This document shows positions 20,501-28,780 of a DNA stretch of 64,000 bases, piece by piece. The translations under genes and the position numbers were made by a program. The DNA lies in the NCBI GenBank assembly GCA_037200545.1, contig JBBCGE010000004.1, positions 310,970-374,969 on the forward strand. Direction: 5' to 3'. Numbering within the stretch: position 1 is the first letter of the stretch; each line of letters begins with the position of its first letter. The DNA is from Limisphaerales bacterium. Its GTDB lineage: Bacteria > Verrucomicrobiota > Verrucomicrobiia > Limisphaerales > UBA11358. Under the pieces are notes generated by a model. It saw nothing but the letters and a program-made list of their open reading frames with translations. It was not told where the DNA came from and searched no databases.

Positions 20501-22391
20501 ACTGTGCAGTGGTGGTCGTTGCGGCGGTGGCTGCTAATGTCTGGACGGTGGGAGCTCCGCTGCCCGCAGTGATGAAAGTGGCATCGTTTCCATTGGCAGT
20601 TCCGCCGCTGTTGGAGGCCACAATACGGAAGTGGTAGGTCGTATTCGGAGCGAGACCGCTAACAGTATAGGCGATGCTTTGGGGCGTAGTTCCGAAATTC
20701 CCTGTAGGAGTCGAACTGCCATAGCTGGTTGTGGTCCCGTATTCAAAGTGAGCGGTTGTTGTCAAGCCATTCGGGTTAATGGAACCATTCAATTGAGCAG
20801 ATGTAGTCGAGATGGAAGCAGCAGCGAGCGTTTGTGCGGTCGGACCTGATGCCGAAGTTGTAAACGTTAGATCACCTCCATTAACGGTGCCGCCGCTGCT
20901 GGAGGCGACGATACGAAAGTGGTACGTCGTATTGGGCGAAAGCCCAGAGATCGAAGTCCCATAATTGCCCGCCGTAGTGCCGATGTTTCCTGATATGGTG
21001 CTGCTGCCATAACTTGCCGTCAGACCGTAATCAAAATGAATCGTGGTGCTCGCCCCATTCGGATCAATGGAAGAATTCAATGTGGCAGAAGTCGCGGTGA
21101 CAAGAGTTGCGGCCAATGTTTGAACAGTGGGGCCTGACGCCGAAGTGGTGAACGTCAAATCGTTTCCATTAGCGGTGCCGCCGCTACTGGAAGCGACGAT
21201 GCGAAAGTGATAAGTCGTATTGGGGGCAAGGCCGGAGATGGACGTGCCGTAATTTCCAAAACTGGTGCCGATGTTTCCCGATATGGTGCTGCTTCCGTAA
21301 CTGGCCGTAAGGCCATAATCAAAATGGATGGTCGTGCTCGCACCGTTGGGATCGACAGAGGAATTCAGAGTGGCAGAAGTTGCGGTCACTAGAGTTGCGG
21401 CCAGTGTTTGAACGGTGGGGGCTGACGCCGAGGTGGTGAACGTCAAATCGCTTCCGTTAGCAGTGCCTCCGCTGCTGGAAGCGACAATGCGAAAATGGTA
21501 AGTCGTGTTGGGAGAAAGCCCAGAGATTGCAGTGCCGTAATTTCCGGCACTGGTGCCGATGTTTCCTGATATTGTGCTGCTTCCGTAACTGGCCGTAAGG
21601 CCATAATCAAAATGGATGGTCGTGCTCGCGCCATTAGGGTTGACGAATGAATTCAAGGTGGCCGAGCTTGTGGTAATCGAAGTGGCTGCTTGAGTTTGGG
21701 CTGTCGGAGCGTTGGCGGAAGTGGTAAATGTCAAATCGCTTCCGTTTGCGGTGCCGCCAATGCTGGAAGCGACAATGCGAAAATGATAGGTTGTATTGGC
21801 TGAAAGGCCGGAGATCGACGTGCCGTAATTTCCGGCACTAGTGCCGATGTTTCCTGATATTGTGCTGCTGCCGTAGCTGGCCGTAAGCCCATAATCAAAA
21901 TGGATGGTTGTACTCGCGCCATTAGGATTGACGAATGAATTCAAGGTGGCAGAGCTTGTGGTAATCGAAGTGGCCGCTTGAGTTTGGGCAGTCGGGGCGT
22001 TGGCGGAAGTGGTAAATGTCAAATCGCTTCCGTTTGCGGTGCCGCCGCTGTTGGAACCGACGATGCGGAAATGATACGTGGTATTGGGTGAAAGCCCGGA
22101 GATCGAAGTGCCGTAGTTTCCCGACGTGAGGCCGATGTTTCCTGATATTGTGCTGCTGCCGTAGCTGGCCGTAAGTCCGTAATCAAAATGGATCGTCGTG
22201 CTTGCGCCGTTGGGGTTGACGAACGAATTCAGCGTGGCCGAGCTTGTGGTAATCGAAGTGGCTGCTTGAGTTTGAACGATTGGCGCAGCTTGAGCATTTG
22301 CGCAAGCAAAGCAAACAACAGCCACGCAGAGCGCAGCAAACCGTTGAATTGCTTGAGGAGGTTGTTCGATGCAAAAAATGTTGAATTTCAT
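17586..22391 (-). CDS. Large secreted protein: 7 FN3-like repeats, SH3b, Ig-like, PKD, helical region, C-terminal ...RFYR domain
   Basis: Signal-like ANAQA; 96-aa repeats GLxPNTTYHFRIVA; LRLRSAPG...GW SH3b; FSWNFG...TLTVTD PKD. Confidence 0.85.
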   Translation of the reverse strand: MKFNIFCIEQPPQAIQRFAALCVAVVCFACANAQAAPIVQTQAATSITTSSATLNSFVNPNGASTTIHFDYGLTASYGSSTISGNIGLTSGNYGTSISGLSPNTTYHFRIVGSNSGGTANGSDLTFTTSANAPTAQTQAATSITTSSATLNSFVNPNGASTTIHFDYGLTASYGSSTISGNIGTSAGNYGTSISGLSANTTYHFRIVASSIGGTANGSDLTFTTSANAPTAQTQAATSITTSSATLNSFVNPNGASTTIHFDYGLTASYGSSTISGNIGTSAGNYGTAISGLSPNTTYHFRIVASSSGGTANGSDLTFTTSASAPTVQTLAATLVTATSATLNSSVDPNGASTTIHFDYGLTASYGSSTISGNIGTSFGNYGTSISGLAPNTTYHFRIVASSSGGTANGNDLTFTTSASGPTVQTLAATLVTATSATLNSSIDPNGASTTIHFDYGLTASYGSSTISGNIGTTAGNYGTSISGLSPNTTYHFRIVASSSGGTVNGGDLTFTTSASGPTAQTLAAASISTTSAQLNGSINPNGLTTTAHFEYGTTTSYGSSTPTGNFGTTPQSIAYTVSGLAPNTTYHFRIVASNSGGTANGNDATFITAGSGAPTVQTLAATAATTTTAQFNGSINPNGFATTAYFEYGQTTTYGSTTTAGNFGTSVQSIGFVQAGLTPNTTYHYRIVAFNNQGTTRGLDATFTTLPASAPAQQAWVAGTSGLGLRLRSAPGLTSTILLVMPEGSTVTLLGDTQNADGYLWRHLTYAAQNGWADAQYLVFTPGTTPIPPAGPITLRQLQADGLSPIAGGGMANASSVVLAATPSGPSSQQFSLQFEVRPSGTAFSDPTATTTLVQGGSEARATVSALANQNYHWRSRVLDGNGVPSSWVSFSGNTTDFTVNAPTAPLALFNWSPAQVYTGDTVIFTAQAAAQSGLTFSWNFGGAQTATGSTINQTFSQSGNIIVTLTVTDSQSNQSQHSETITVLSKDLLNEINHLAQQTSQSLQQLQVNAVTAAADADYFQQRVESYRTRVGINLAFGLIGAGMPLADFKTLLRSSLPAVAVDLAVDADTLAAQAGTELLLEHNRGLLYADIFAQPITSFVAQKNSDIEQLRQQAIAAVVQLTPTQADQLTRDLRGRLAANLSISSTYDAKVRLPNTFSSMESSVGDAWSLFEVGTTAATTLLTAGSSTAATFLLAESANLAQSTLDQLTTLQQQPLDVQMLAFSLDAVGQAWLTSDRMASNAHNGLLAVINAQVPTAPQGSLTVQFIAEGSPQQFWYGQRWVTTAAYARVTVRNTGQVAATYRVDAAYPHTFTPSNLGLPFDIPGFTATLNYLLATDDIQLAPNDQIVLTDHYLSPAGGQKPDGLITYTLTASTPGSCYLEATQTGEFNTTLIDTNGTQIDHSTIPDTLLSDAPVQSSLVEFASGVCALRVVARNALDAPLLLNIQQDLPTGTIVVNADGSTIATNRLIWELTMQPDQVRSFQVVLKLPTPLANPPLTNTTSSVYDALNAVWLQFSQAPVVSQMASTPPPQLQPGGFIGGGFGLDLQALVPGIYRVEATTNFINWNPVSTITNTAGPFQVIDTDAQSYRSRFYRAASLQ
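20280..22290 (-). repeat. Intragenic ~288-bp tandem repeats (7 FN3-like units)
   Basis: Repeat period 288 nt (e.g. 21155/21443/21731); first five units most similar. Confidence 0.9.
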
Positions 22392-22728
22392 AATAACTTT
22401 CTTGCGTTCCTTGGCTTGTCCAGACGAAAAGAGGCGTGACCTACTCACGTCCCAATCCAGGCACTGGTATGCCCTCACAGGAACATTTTCGGGCACGCCC
22501 GATGTGGGCGTGCCTCGAACCGTGTCCTGCAAGTCAAAATTACCAGTTTTGGATTGGACAGCAGCCGAAGCCGCAAATCTGTTGTTAAAAGGTTTGGATC
22601 ACATACGTCTTTTCGGAACATTTGGATTCAAACAAAGGCAAGTGCCCATTGCAAGCGTGAATATGTGACTTTTTCCGGTCCAAAATGAGGAAAAAGGGCG
22701 GGCCGTGAAGCCCGCCAGGGTTGCGGCG

Positions 22729-22938
22729 TTACTCGTCTTTCTCGGCAGCGACGCGGAGTGTGAGCCGTCCGTCCAGCGGCATGGTTTCGATCTGGATATT
22801 GAAGCCGTTGCCGTCGGCATGTGCCCATGCGGCCCCGATGCGCGTCCAGTAGCCCTTGTCGGAATTCCCGTTGCGCACATGGTAGGTGATGTGGCTGGGG
22901 GTTTTGGAAGCGGTAGTTTGTTTTTTCGCGTCAGTCAT
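22729..22938 (-). CDS. Small conserved MGE protein (YWTRIGAAW motif; DUF736-like)
   Basis: RBS AGGAGA; YWTRIGAAWAHADG.GFNIQ. Confidence 0.65.
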   Translation of the reverse strand: MTDAKKQTTASKTPSHITYHVRNGNSDKGYWTRIGAAWAHADGNGFNIQIETMPLDGRLTLRVAAEKDE

Positions 22939-23002
22939 GTGAAGTCTCCTTTTTGTTTTCAGGCTGCGCCAATCGCGGCCTGATGGCACAAAACGGAAGC
23001 CC

Positions 23003-23632
23003 TCAAAGCCGGGGCGAAAGCGTTACCACGCAAAGCTGAAAATTGGGGGAGACCGTCAGGCGAGCCTGCCGGGGGAACCGATTTTCTGATTGCGAGGACT
23101 GGCGGGGGGCTTCACTGTGCCTATCAGAAAGACCGCGTTGGCGTGACTGGCAAAAGATTCGGGAGACGACTGACTGACAAAAAAGCCGCCTCAAACAGAG
23201 CCAGAATCGGCTTCCATTTGAGGCGGCAACGCCAAAGACGAGGCCGCGTATCAGCGGGCGTCGGCGAGACCGGCGGGGACGGCATTTTGTCTCAGCGTCA
23301 ATGATGCCAGTGAAACCAAGTGTCTCAAGGGAGAGAAGCCAGGATGGCATTGGCATGATGCCAAGGAAAACCCAGGGCACCGTAAGCAGGCTGACAGTCC
23401 TTTTCTTGCTGGCAATTTGCGTTAATGCACAGGGGCGATTCATCGGCGGTTTGTGCGGCTGGGCAAACCTGCCCGGCGGCGCAACGATTTGTGAAAGCGG
23501 CACTGCGCCCGCGCAACCGTCGCACCAGGCCATGTCGTTCAATGTGTATTCGCCCGCGCCGATGCGATTCATCACTTCCGCCTCGGTGTAGGGGCCGCTG
23601 TTTTGTTGGTTCTTAATGAGGTATATGTTCAT
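23003..23632 (-). CDS. GYF_2 (DUF4339) domain protein, probably truncated after ~23300
   Basis: YLIKNQQNSGPYT...W.DG...PLSQI; distal half reads through structured non-coding-like DNA. Confidence 0.6.
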   Translation of the reverse strand: MNIYLIKNQQNSGPYTEAEVMNRIGAGEYTLNDMAWCDGCAGAVPLSQIVAPPGRFAQPHKPPMNRPCALTQIASKKRTVSLLTVPWVFLGIMPMPSWLLSLETLGFTGIIDAETKCRPRRSRRRPLIRGLVFGVAASNGSRFWLCLRRLFCQSVVSRIFCQSRQRGLSDRHSEAPRQSSQSENRFPRQARLTVSPNFQLCVVTLSPRL

Positions 23633-23687
23633 TTTGTTTTGCGTTTCTTTTTTTGTTTACTGCTCCGCCAAGCTTTGCTGGTTTTTG

Positions 23688-24071
23688 TCAACTTTTCTGA
23701 CTGGCCGGAATGGGTGGCGGGGTTGTGATTACTTCCGCATCAATGATTGGCCCGGTGCTGCTGTAGCCGGTGCGATTGGCGTTGCTGGTCTTTACACGGT
23801 AGTAGCCATAGACCGCCCAGATGAACGGCACGGCAAGCAGCAAGGCTTCGCCGGTGGGAATTCCCAGAATGATCACGGCAAAAAGCAGTGCAAACGGGAT
23901 GAGAAAATCCTTGAGGCTTCTGAGATAAAGCCCAAGGCCGATGCCGCCAAAGAGAAAACCGCAAGCGGCGGCGACGAACGGGTTCTTAATGTCGTCCAGG
24001 GGTTCGAGTTGGTCGGCGATGTGGCATAACCAGCCGATGATTGAATGACCGTGTTTGTTTTCTTCGCTCAT
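23688..24071 (-). CDS. Small membrane protein
   Basis: K.P.VA...GFLFGGIGLG.Y pattern, 3 TM segments; overlaps upstream gene. Confidence 0.65.
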   Translation of the reverse strand: MSEENKHGHSIIGWLCHIADQLEPLDDIKNPFVAAACGFLFGGIGLGLYLRSLKDFLIPFALLFAVIILGIPTGEALLLAVPFIWAVYGYYRVKTSNANRTGYSSTGPIIDAEVITTPPPIPASQKS

Positions 24072-24790
24072 ATGTCTATTGTGTTTTTGTTTGTTTTGCC
24101 TTTCCGCTGTTTTACGGAAATGGTGATTTGGCTTTGGATGTCATCGGAAAGCCCGGTCGCGATTGCGTTGTCATCCTTGTGCGAAAGCCAGCCGGAGGTT
24201 GCCTCGAATTCCTCGACCATGCGGCTTTGCTGCTCCGAAAGAATCAAGCCGTCCATGATGTCGAGGGTCAGTTTCCGTTCCCGTTGGTGAACGGAATACT
24301 CGTAGGCACGCAGGCATAAGCCGGAAAAAATTAGCCACACGCCAAGTGCGCGGGAAAACTGAAACACCGCGAGGCCAAAGGCCATAACGACCAGCGGATC
24401 AACGAAGCGGGCAACCCTACGGTTGCGCCTGCAAAACGCAGGCAGAAAGCGGAAGTCAAAGGGGGACGTGCCGATGTAATAGCTGTGCCAGCGGATTTTC
24501 TGATTCATCTGAATCCATCGTCTCACGCGCTGGTAAATCCCCATCGCAAAACTCAGCAGAGCAAATATAAGCAAATCAACCGGCCTGGCGGCGGCGTTGC
24601 CGGGTATCGCCAGAACGGATGCGACAACCAGAAAGACAGTGACCGGAATTAACCGGGCAGGTCCGACAGTTCTGTAACCCAAATCGGGTCTGATCCAGAC
24701 CATCACCGTGAGCGATGGGAAGGGCATCAGGTTTTGCACGAATTGAAAATATTCCGTGTATGACTGGTTTTGTTGTGGTTGTGGGGGCAT
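24068..24790 (-). CDS. Membrane protein in coupling-protein operon
   Basis: 240 aa, 4-5 TM segments, starts 5 nt after the T4CP stop. Confidence 0.65.
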   Translation of the reverse strand: MPPQPQQNQSYTEYFQFVQNLMPFPSLTVMVWIRPDLGYRTVGPARLIPVTVFLVVASVLAIPGNAAARPVDLLIFALLSFAMGIYQRVRRWIQMNQKIRWHSYYIGTSPFDFRFLPAFCRRNRRVARFVDPLVVMAFGLAVFQFSRALGVWLIFSGLCLRAYEYSVHQRERKLTLDIMDGLILSEQQSRMVEEFEATSGWLSHKDDNAIATGLSDDIQSQITISVKQRKGKTNKNTIDI

Positions 24791-24795
24791 AAACT

Positions 24796-26283
24796 TTATT
24801 TTTGGTTGAAGGTTAATTTTCGGTAGGGAAGCGCCTCTTTGCCGTCGTAAAAAATGTGGCCGCCGTTATAGACGATGGCCTCCACCTGAAAATCATTCTC
24901 AGGCCCGCCACGCTTTAGCGTGGTGAACGTGGCCGGCTCAACAAAGAAACGGCGCTGCTCGCTGCGCGACAGCCCGGAATTAAATTCGCCGCGTGGCTGC
25001 AAGGGCATGTTCCCGGAGTTTTGCTGCTGCCCGACGCTGGTGCTGCTGACTTTGACCCAGCGTTGCCCCAAAAGTTTGGCGGCCCATTCGTTTGTCTCAC
25101 CGCTGTTCTGGCAAAAAAACTTTGCCTGCAAATTGCCAAGCAGTGAATCCACCGCGTCGTCATTTTTGAGGACGCGCCGAAAGCTTTCCCGGTTTTGGGT
25201 GAGATACACGGTGCATCCGCCTGCGGAGCGGGCGACCGCCTGATATTCAGAATCGAACTTTGATACAAAGTTCTGCGCCTCGTCAGCCCAAAGGAACACG
25301 GGGCGCAAATAGCCCTCCTTTGGCTGCATCCGCCGTAGCACGGCGATCTGGAAACAGTATTTCCAGACGAGGTTGGCGATGCGTCCAACCAGCCGGAATT
25401 CCTGAACCGGGATGTCCACAATGATGATTTTGCCGTCAAACGTCGCCTCCGGCGTTATGTTGGTGTCGGCGGCAAACACTTTCCCCAAAGGTCGGGTGAT
25501 GAGCGGCTTTACCAGCATGGAGAACGTCAGTGAAATCAGGCTGCGGGTTTTCTCATGCAGGTTGGGAAACTCCTGAATCCAGTAATCCCGGCATCCGACA
25601 AAATCCGCCCGCGTCTCTGGGTCGGCCTTTTCCGTCATCTTGTCGGCCTCGGCAAGAATTGCCGCACACGCGCTGTTTTCCTTCCAGGAAGGGGAGTTGA
25701 CCTGCTCCCGACTGGTGGCGGCGCTGGTCAGGATTGACCGGAGCAGCGGCAGGGTGACTTCCAGCCCTGCCAGCAGGGGCAGTTCCACCAGGTTGGTGTT
25801 CAAAAAGTGAAGGCTGTCCTCCCAGAACTTGTTGTCGCCTCCTTTGCCGTCCGCATCGCCGGAAATAGCCGTGGATATTTCGTCCAGCAGGTTGACCATG
25901 TTGATGCTGAGGCCCCCGCCTTCCTCCGGGCGACTGGCCTCCCAGTTCATGAAATTGAACCGCCAGGTGCCGCTGGTATCCACGATGACCAAGTCATCCG
26001 TCCGGCCTGTTTCGGCGGCCCATTTTTCAAATTGGCGGCGTTCCTCCTTCTTGGCGCAAAGCACCAGTCCGCCGAATCCGGCGGCCATGAAGCCGTAGGC
26101 AAGGTGCTTGGCCGGGCCGGAAGTTTTTCCACTTCCGGTTGCACCAAAAACACATACGCCCGTAAGGGCGTCGGACAGCCGGAAGGCATGTCCATTGCCC
26201 CAATCCCGCAGGATGGTTTGGGGGTGGAATCGGGGTGTTTTTGCTTCGGGCGAAGTTTGGCGTTGCCAGAATTTCATATTCAT
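24796..26283 (-). CDS. Type IV coupling protein (TraD/VirD4-like ATPase)
   Basis: Walker A GATGSGKT, Walker B LWADEAQ, ARSAG...LTQN; divergent from relaxase. Confidence 0.85.
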   Translation of the reverse strand: MNMKFWQRQTSPEAKTPRFHPQTILRDWGNGHAFRLSDALTGVCVFGATGSGKTSGPAKHLAYGFMAAGFGGLVLCAKKEERRQFEKWAAETGRTDDLVIVDTSGTWRFNFMNWEASRPEEGGGLSINMVNLLDEISTAISGDADGKGGDNKFWEDSLHFLNTNLVELPLLAGLEVTLPLLRSILTSAATSREQVNSPSWKENSACAAILAEADKMTEKADPETRADFVGCRDYWIQEFPNLHEKTRSLISLTFSMLVKPLITRPLGKVFAADTNITPEATFDGKIIIVDIPVQEFRLVGRIANLVWKYCFQIAVLRRMQPKEGYLRPVFLWADEAQNFVSKFDSEYQAVARSAGGCTVYLTQNRESFRRVLKNDDAVDSLLGNLQAKFFCQNSGETNEWAAKLLGQRWVKVSSTSVGQQQNSGNMPLQPRGEFNSGLSRSEQRRFFVEPATFTTLKRGGPENDFQVEAIVYNGGHIFYDGKEALPYRKLTFNQK

Positions 26284-26530
26284 TTGAAAACACAGTCGCT
26301 CTGGCAAACGAATATAGAACGCGCCACCCGCAGAATCTTTCGGCTTTCAGCCAGCGAGCTGAAAAGCCGCCTTCTGCCGGGCATAGTAGGGTTCCAAGGG
26401 ATTCAAATCCTTTGGTCGGGATACATAAGGGCAGACCGCCCTTTTGTCGGGGTTAGGGGCGGAAGCCCCTGCCGGAGCGTCAGAGCGGAGGCCGTGAAAG
26501 CGGGGTCCAGGGGCCGGATTTGGAGGCCCC

Positions 26531-26569
26531 ATGGCGAGGAACATCGCTTGCGATGTATAACCTCGCCAT
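26531..26569 (+). other. Candidate MOBQ-type oriT
   Basis: Nested inverted repeat ATGGCGAGG-a-ACATCGC-tt-GCGATGT-ataa-CCTCGCCAT; GCGATGTATAACCTCGCC resembles Ti/IncQ-type nic regions; 170 bp upstream of relaxase. Confidence 0.65.
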
Positions 26570-26740
26570 TCAGCCCTTTGCCTTTTTCGGGCTTCCTGAC
26601 TTTTCGGCGGAGCCGGGTAGTTTTTTCCTACGTTCCCAAAATATGCGGAAACCAGCAGTGACCGCCATTCTCCGCAGGACTGGCGAAAAGAATTTTGATA
26701 TAATGTTCGGTAAGGAGGCAGAGCGGCGACTGGTTGGGGG

Positions 26741-27640
26741 ATGGCAATATTCAGACTAGAGGCAAAAGTATTCAGTCGCGAGAAACGGGGTCGCTCCGTT
26801 ATCGCCGCTGCCGCCTACCGGGCCGGGACAAAGCTTCGCGACGAAATTCGAGACAAGGTTTTCGACTATGCCCGCCGAACCAAGGGCGTGGTCAATTCGG
26901 CAATCCTGGCCCCCGCAGGTGCCCCGGAGTGGGTTCACGATTCGGGCAAGCTTTGGAACGCCGTGGAAGCGGGCGAGAAGCGCGTGGACGCACAACTCGC
27001 CCGCGAGTTCATATTGGCAGTTCCAAGGGAACTGTCTCCTGAAGCCCAATTCCAGACGGCAGTGGATTGGGCGCAAAATGAGCTGGTCAATTCCGGCATG
27101 GTTGCCGAAGTCTCCCTCCATCATCCCAAGGACGGCAAAAACCCCCACGTCCATTTGCTTTGCACCATGCGCAAATTGGACGGCGAAAAATTCAGCCCTA
27201 AGAAGGTCAGGGAATGGAACGATGTCGGGCTGTTAGTCCATCAACGGGAGTCCTGGGCAACCGCCGTCAATGCGGCCTTGGAAAAGGCTGGCCGCCCGGA
27301 ACGGGTGGACCATCGCTCGCTCAAAGAGCGTGGCATTGACCGGGTGCCTGAGCCGAAAATAGGGGTTTCAGCCACGGCGATGAAGCGCAAAGGCGTTCTG
27401 GAAGACCCGGAGCGGTTCAAGCTCGTCCGCAAAGTGAAACTGCTCAATGACGCCATGCCCTTCATGCGAGCCATTCAGCGAGGCGGCGAAATCCAGCATT
27501 ACGGCAGCGGTGCCCGCTGGTGGGGAAGGTCGGTAGAATTCATGTCTCGCGTCCGCGAGCAGGCTACGCAAGCGATCAAGAACGCTTGGCAGAGATTGGT
27601 TGATTCGCGACGTGATAAAGGACCGGAAACCGAAAGATGA
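26741..27640 (+). CDS. mobA: MobA/MobL (MOBQ) relaxase
   Basis: MAIF...AAAAYR (catalytic Tyr), LWNAVE..EKR, AREF..A.P.EL, NPHVH, RVDHRS. Confidence 0.93.
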   Translation: MAIFRLEAKVFSREKRGRSVIAAAAYRAGTKLRDEIRDKVFDYARRTKGVVNSAILAPAGAPEWVHDSGKLWNAVEAGEKRVDAQLAREFILAVPRELSPEAQFQTAVDWAQNELVNSGMVAEVSLHHPKDGKNPHVHLLCTMRKLDGEKFSPKKVREWNDVGLLVHQRESWATAVNAALEKAGRPERVDHRSLKERGIDRVPEPKIGVSATAMKRKGVLEDPERFKLVRKVKLLNDAMPFMRAIQRGGEIQHYGSGARWWGRSVEFMSRVREQATQAIKNAWQRLVDSRRDKGPETER

Positions 27641-27852
27641 TTATGGACACGATTGATGAAGCCAAAAGACAGGCCATGAGCGCGATAACCAATGTGCAAA
27701 CGGTGGCGCAAATGGGGATGATTAAATTGACAGGCGGCATTGCCTTATATGTTGGCCGGATTCGCGAAAGAGATCGGGAAATGGCACAACAAAACCAGCA
27801 ACAAACCCGTCGGCGTGAGTTTAGGCGGGAAGACCTTCAGAGGGAGCCATGA
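27637..27852 (+). CDS. Hypothetical protein
   Basis: ATGA overlaps with neighbours on both sides. Confidence 0.55.
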   Translation: MIMDTIDEAKRQAMSAITNVQTVAQMGMIKLTGGIALYVGRIRERDREMAQQNQQQTRRREFRREDLQREP

Positions 27853-28307
27853 GCGATCCGCTTGCCCAATACCGGAAAAAACCTGTGGGCGCGGTCGGTG
27901 AAACCACGCCGCCGAAAGCGTCGAATGAGTATGTCGCGTTTGACGCCAAAGACAGGGTTGAACGCCTGAAAATCAGGCTGGCAAACGAGGCGCACCGGTC
28001 GCCTCGGTATGGTGATCTATTGGACATATCTTACGACGGGCCGTTTGGCACGAACTTCGTTCTTACTTATTCGTTCATGATTTTGGTGCTGGTGGAAGGC
28101 AGGAATCTCCAGCCGGTGATTGCTGCGTTGCAAATGAGCACGGCTGAATTCATTCAGGAGTTTGACGGCGACAAATGGCAAAAACCTGCCGACGAAAAAG
28201 CGCCATTTATTGAATCCATCAAAGTGGTATCGCAACAAGGCGGTCCGTCATTGCCGCAAAATGGAAAGTCGGGAAATGAAAGGGCGCAAGGCCGCAGTCT
28301 GCATTAA
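27849..28307 (+). CDS. Hypothetical protein
   Basis: 152 aa, RBS AGGGAG, coupled to the relaxase operon. Confidence 0.65.
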   Translation: MSDPLAQYRKKPVGAVGETTPPKASNEYVAFDAKDRVERLKIRLANEAHRSPRYGDLLDISYDGPFGTNFVLTYSFMILVLVEGRNLQPVIAALQMSTAEFIQEFDGDKWQKPADEKAPFIESIKVVSQQGGPSLPQNGKSGNERAQGRSLH

Positions 28308-28352
28308 GGCGGGTTGGGGTTGAATTTTACAGGGTCACAGAAGGGGAGTTCT

Positions 28353-28574
28353 ATGCTTAACACTACAATTCCTGAAACCGGCTTTGTCCGGCTGAGGCAA
28401 ATTTTGATGGTAATACCATTGGGAAAAACTTGCTGGTGGGAAGGCGTCAAATCGGGACGCTTTCCAAAGCCGGTGAAACTTTCTGCCCGCTGCACCGCTT
28501 GGAAAGCAGAGGATATTCTTGGTTTGATAAAACAGATTTCGGAACAAGGCGAAAACAAAACAGTAAGTGACTGA
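28353..28574 (+). CDS. alpA: AlpA-family regulator / recombination directionality factor
   Basis: GFVRLRQIL...WW.GVKSGRFPKPVKL..R..AW...DI. Confidence 0.88.
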   Translation: MLNTTIPETGFVRLRQILMVIPLGKTCWWEGVKSGRFPKPVKLSARCTAWKAEDILGLIKQISEQGENKTVSD

Positions 28575-28780
28575 GGTTCCACAAAATTCCTGTTGTAATA
28601 TCTGAAGCACAAGGGCGAAGTCTGGGCCAAGGCGCTAGTTGGCAGAGATAATGTTTTTCCGAAGCGCCTCTCAATTCATGCGGTGAATCCGTGACTTATT
28701 CACCGCATTAAGTGCGGTGAATATCCTTGCCCTTGCGGCGAATAAGGGATATAATCTCCGTAAATTGTGCGGAGAATATA

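Noticed and set aside
20280-22290. 288-bp repeats as a CRISPR or non-coding array
   Set aside because: They are in-frame FN3-like coding repeats with mostly synonymous variation.
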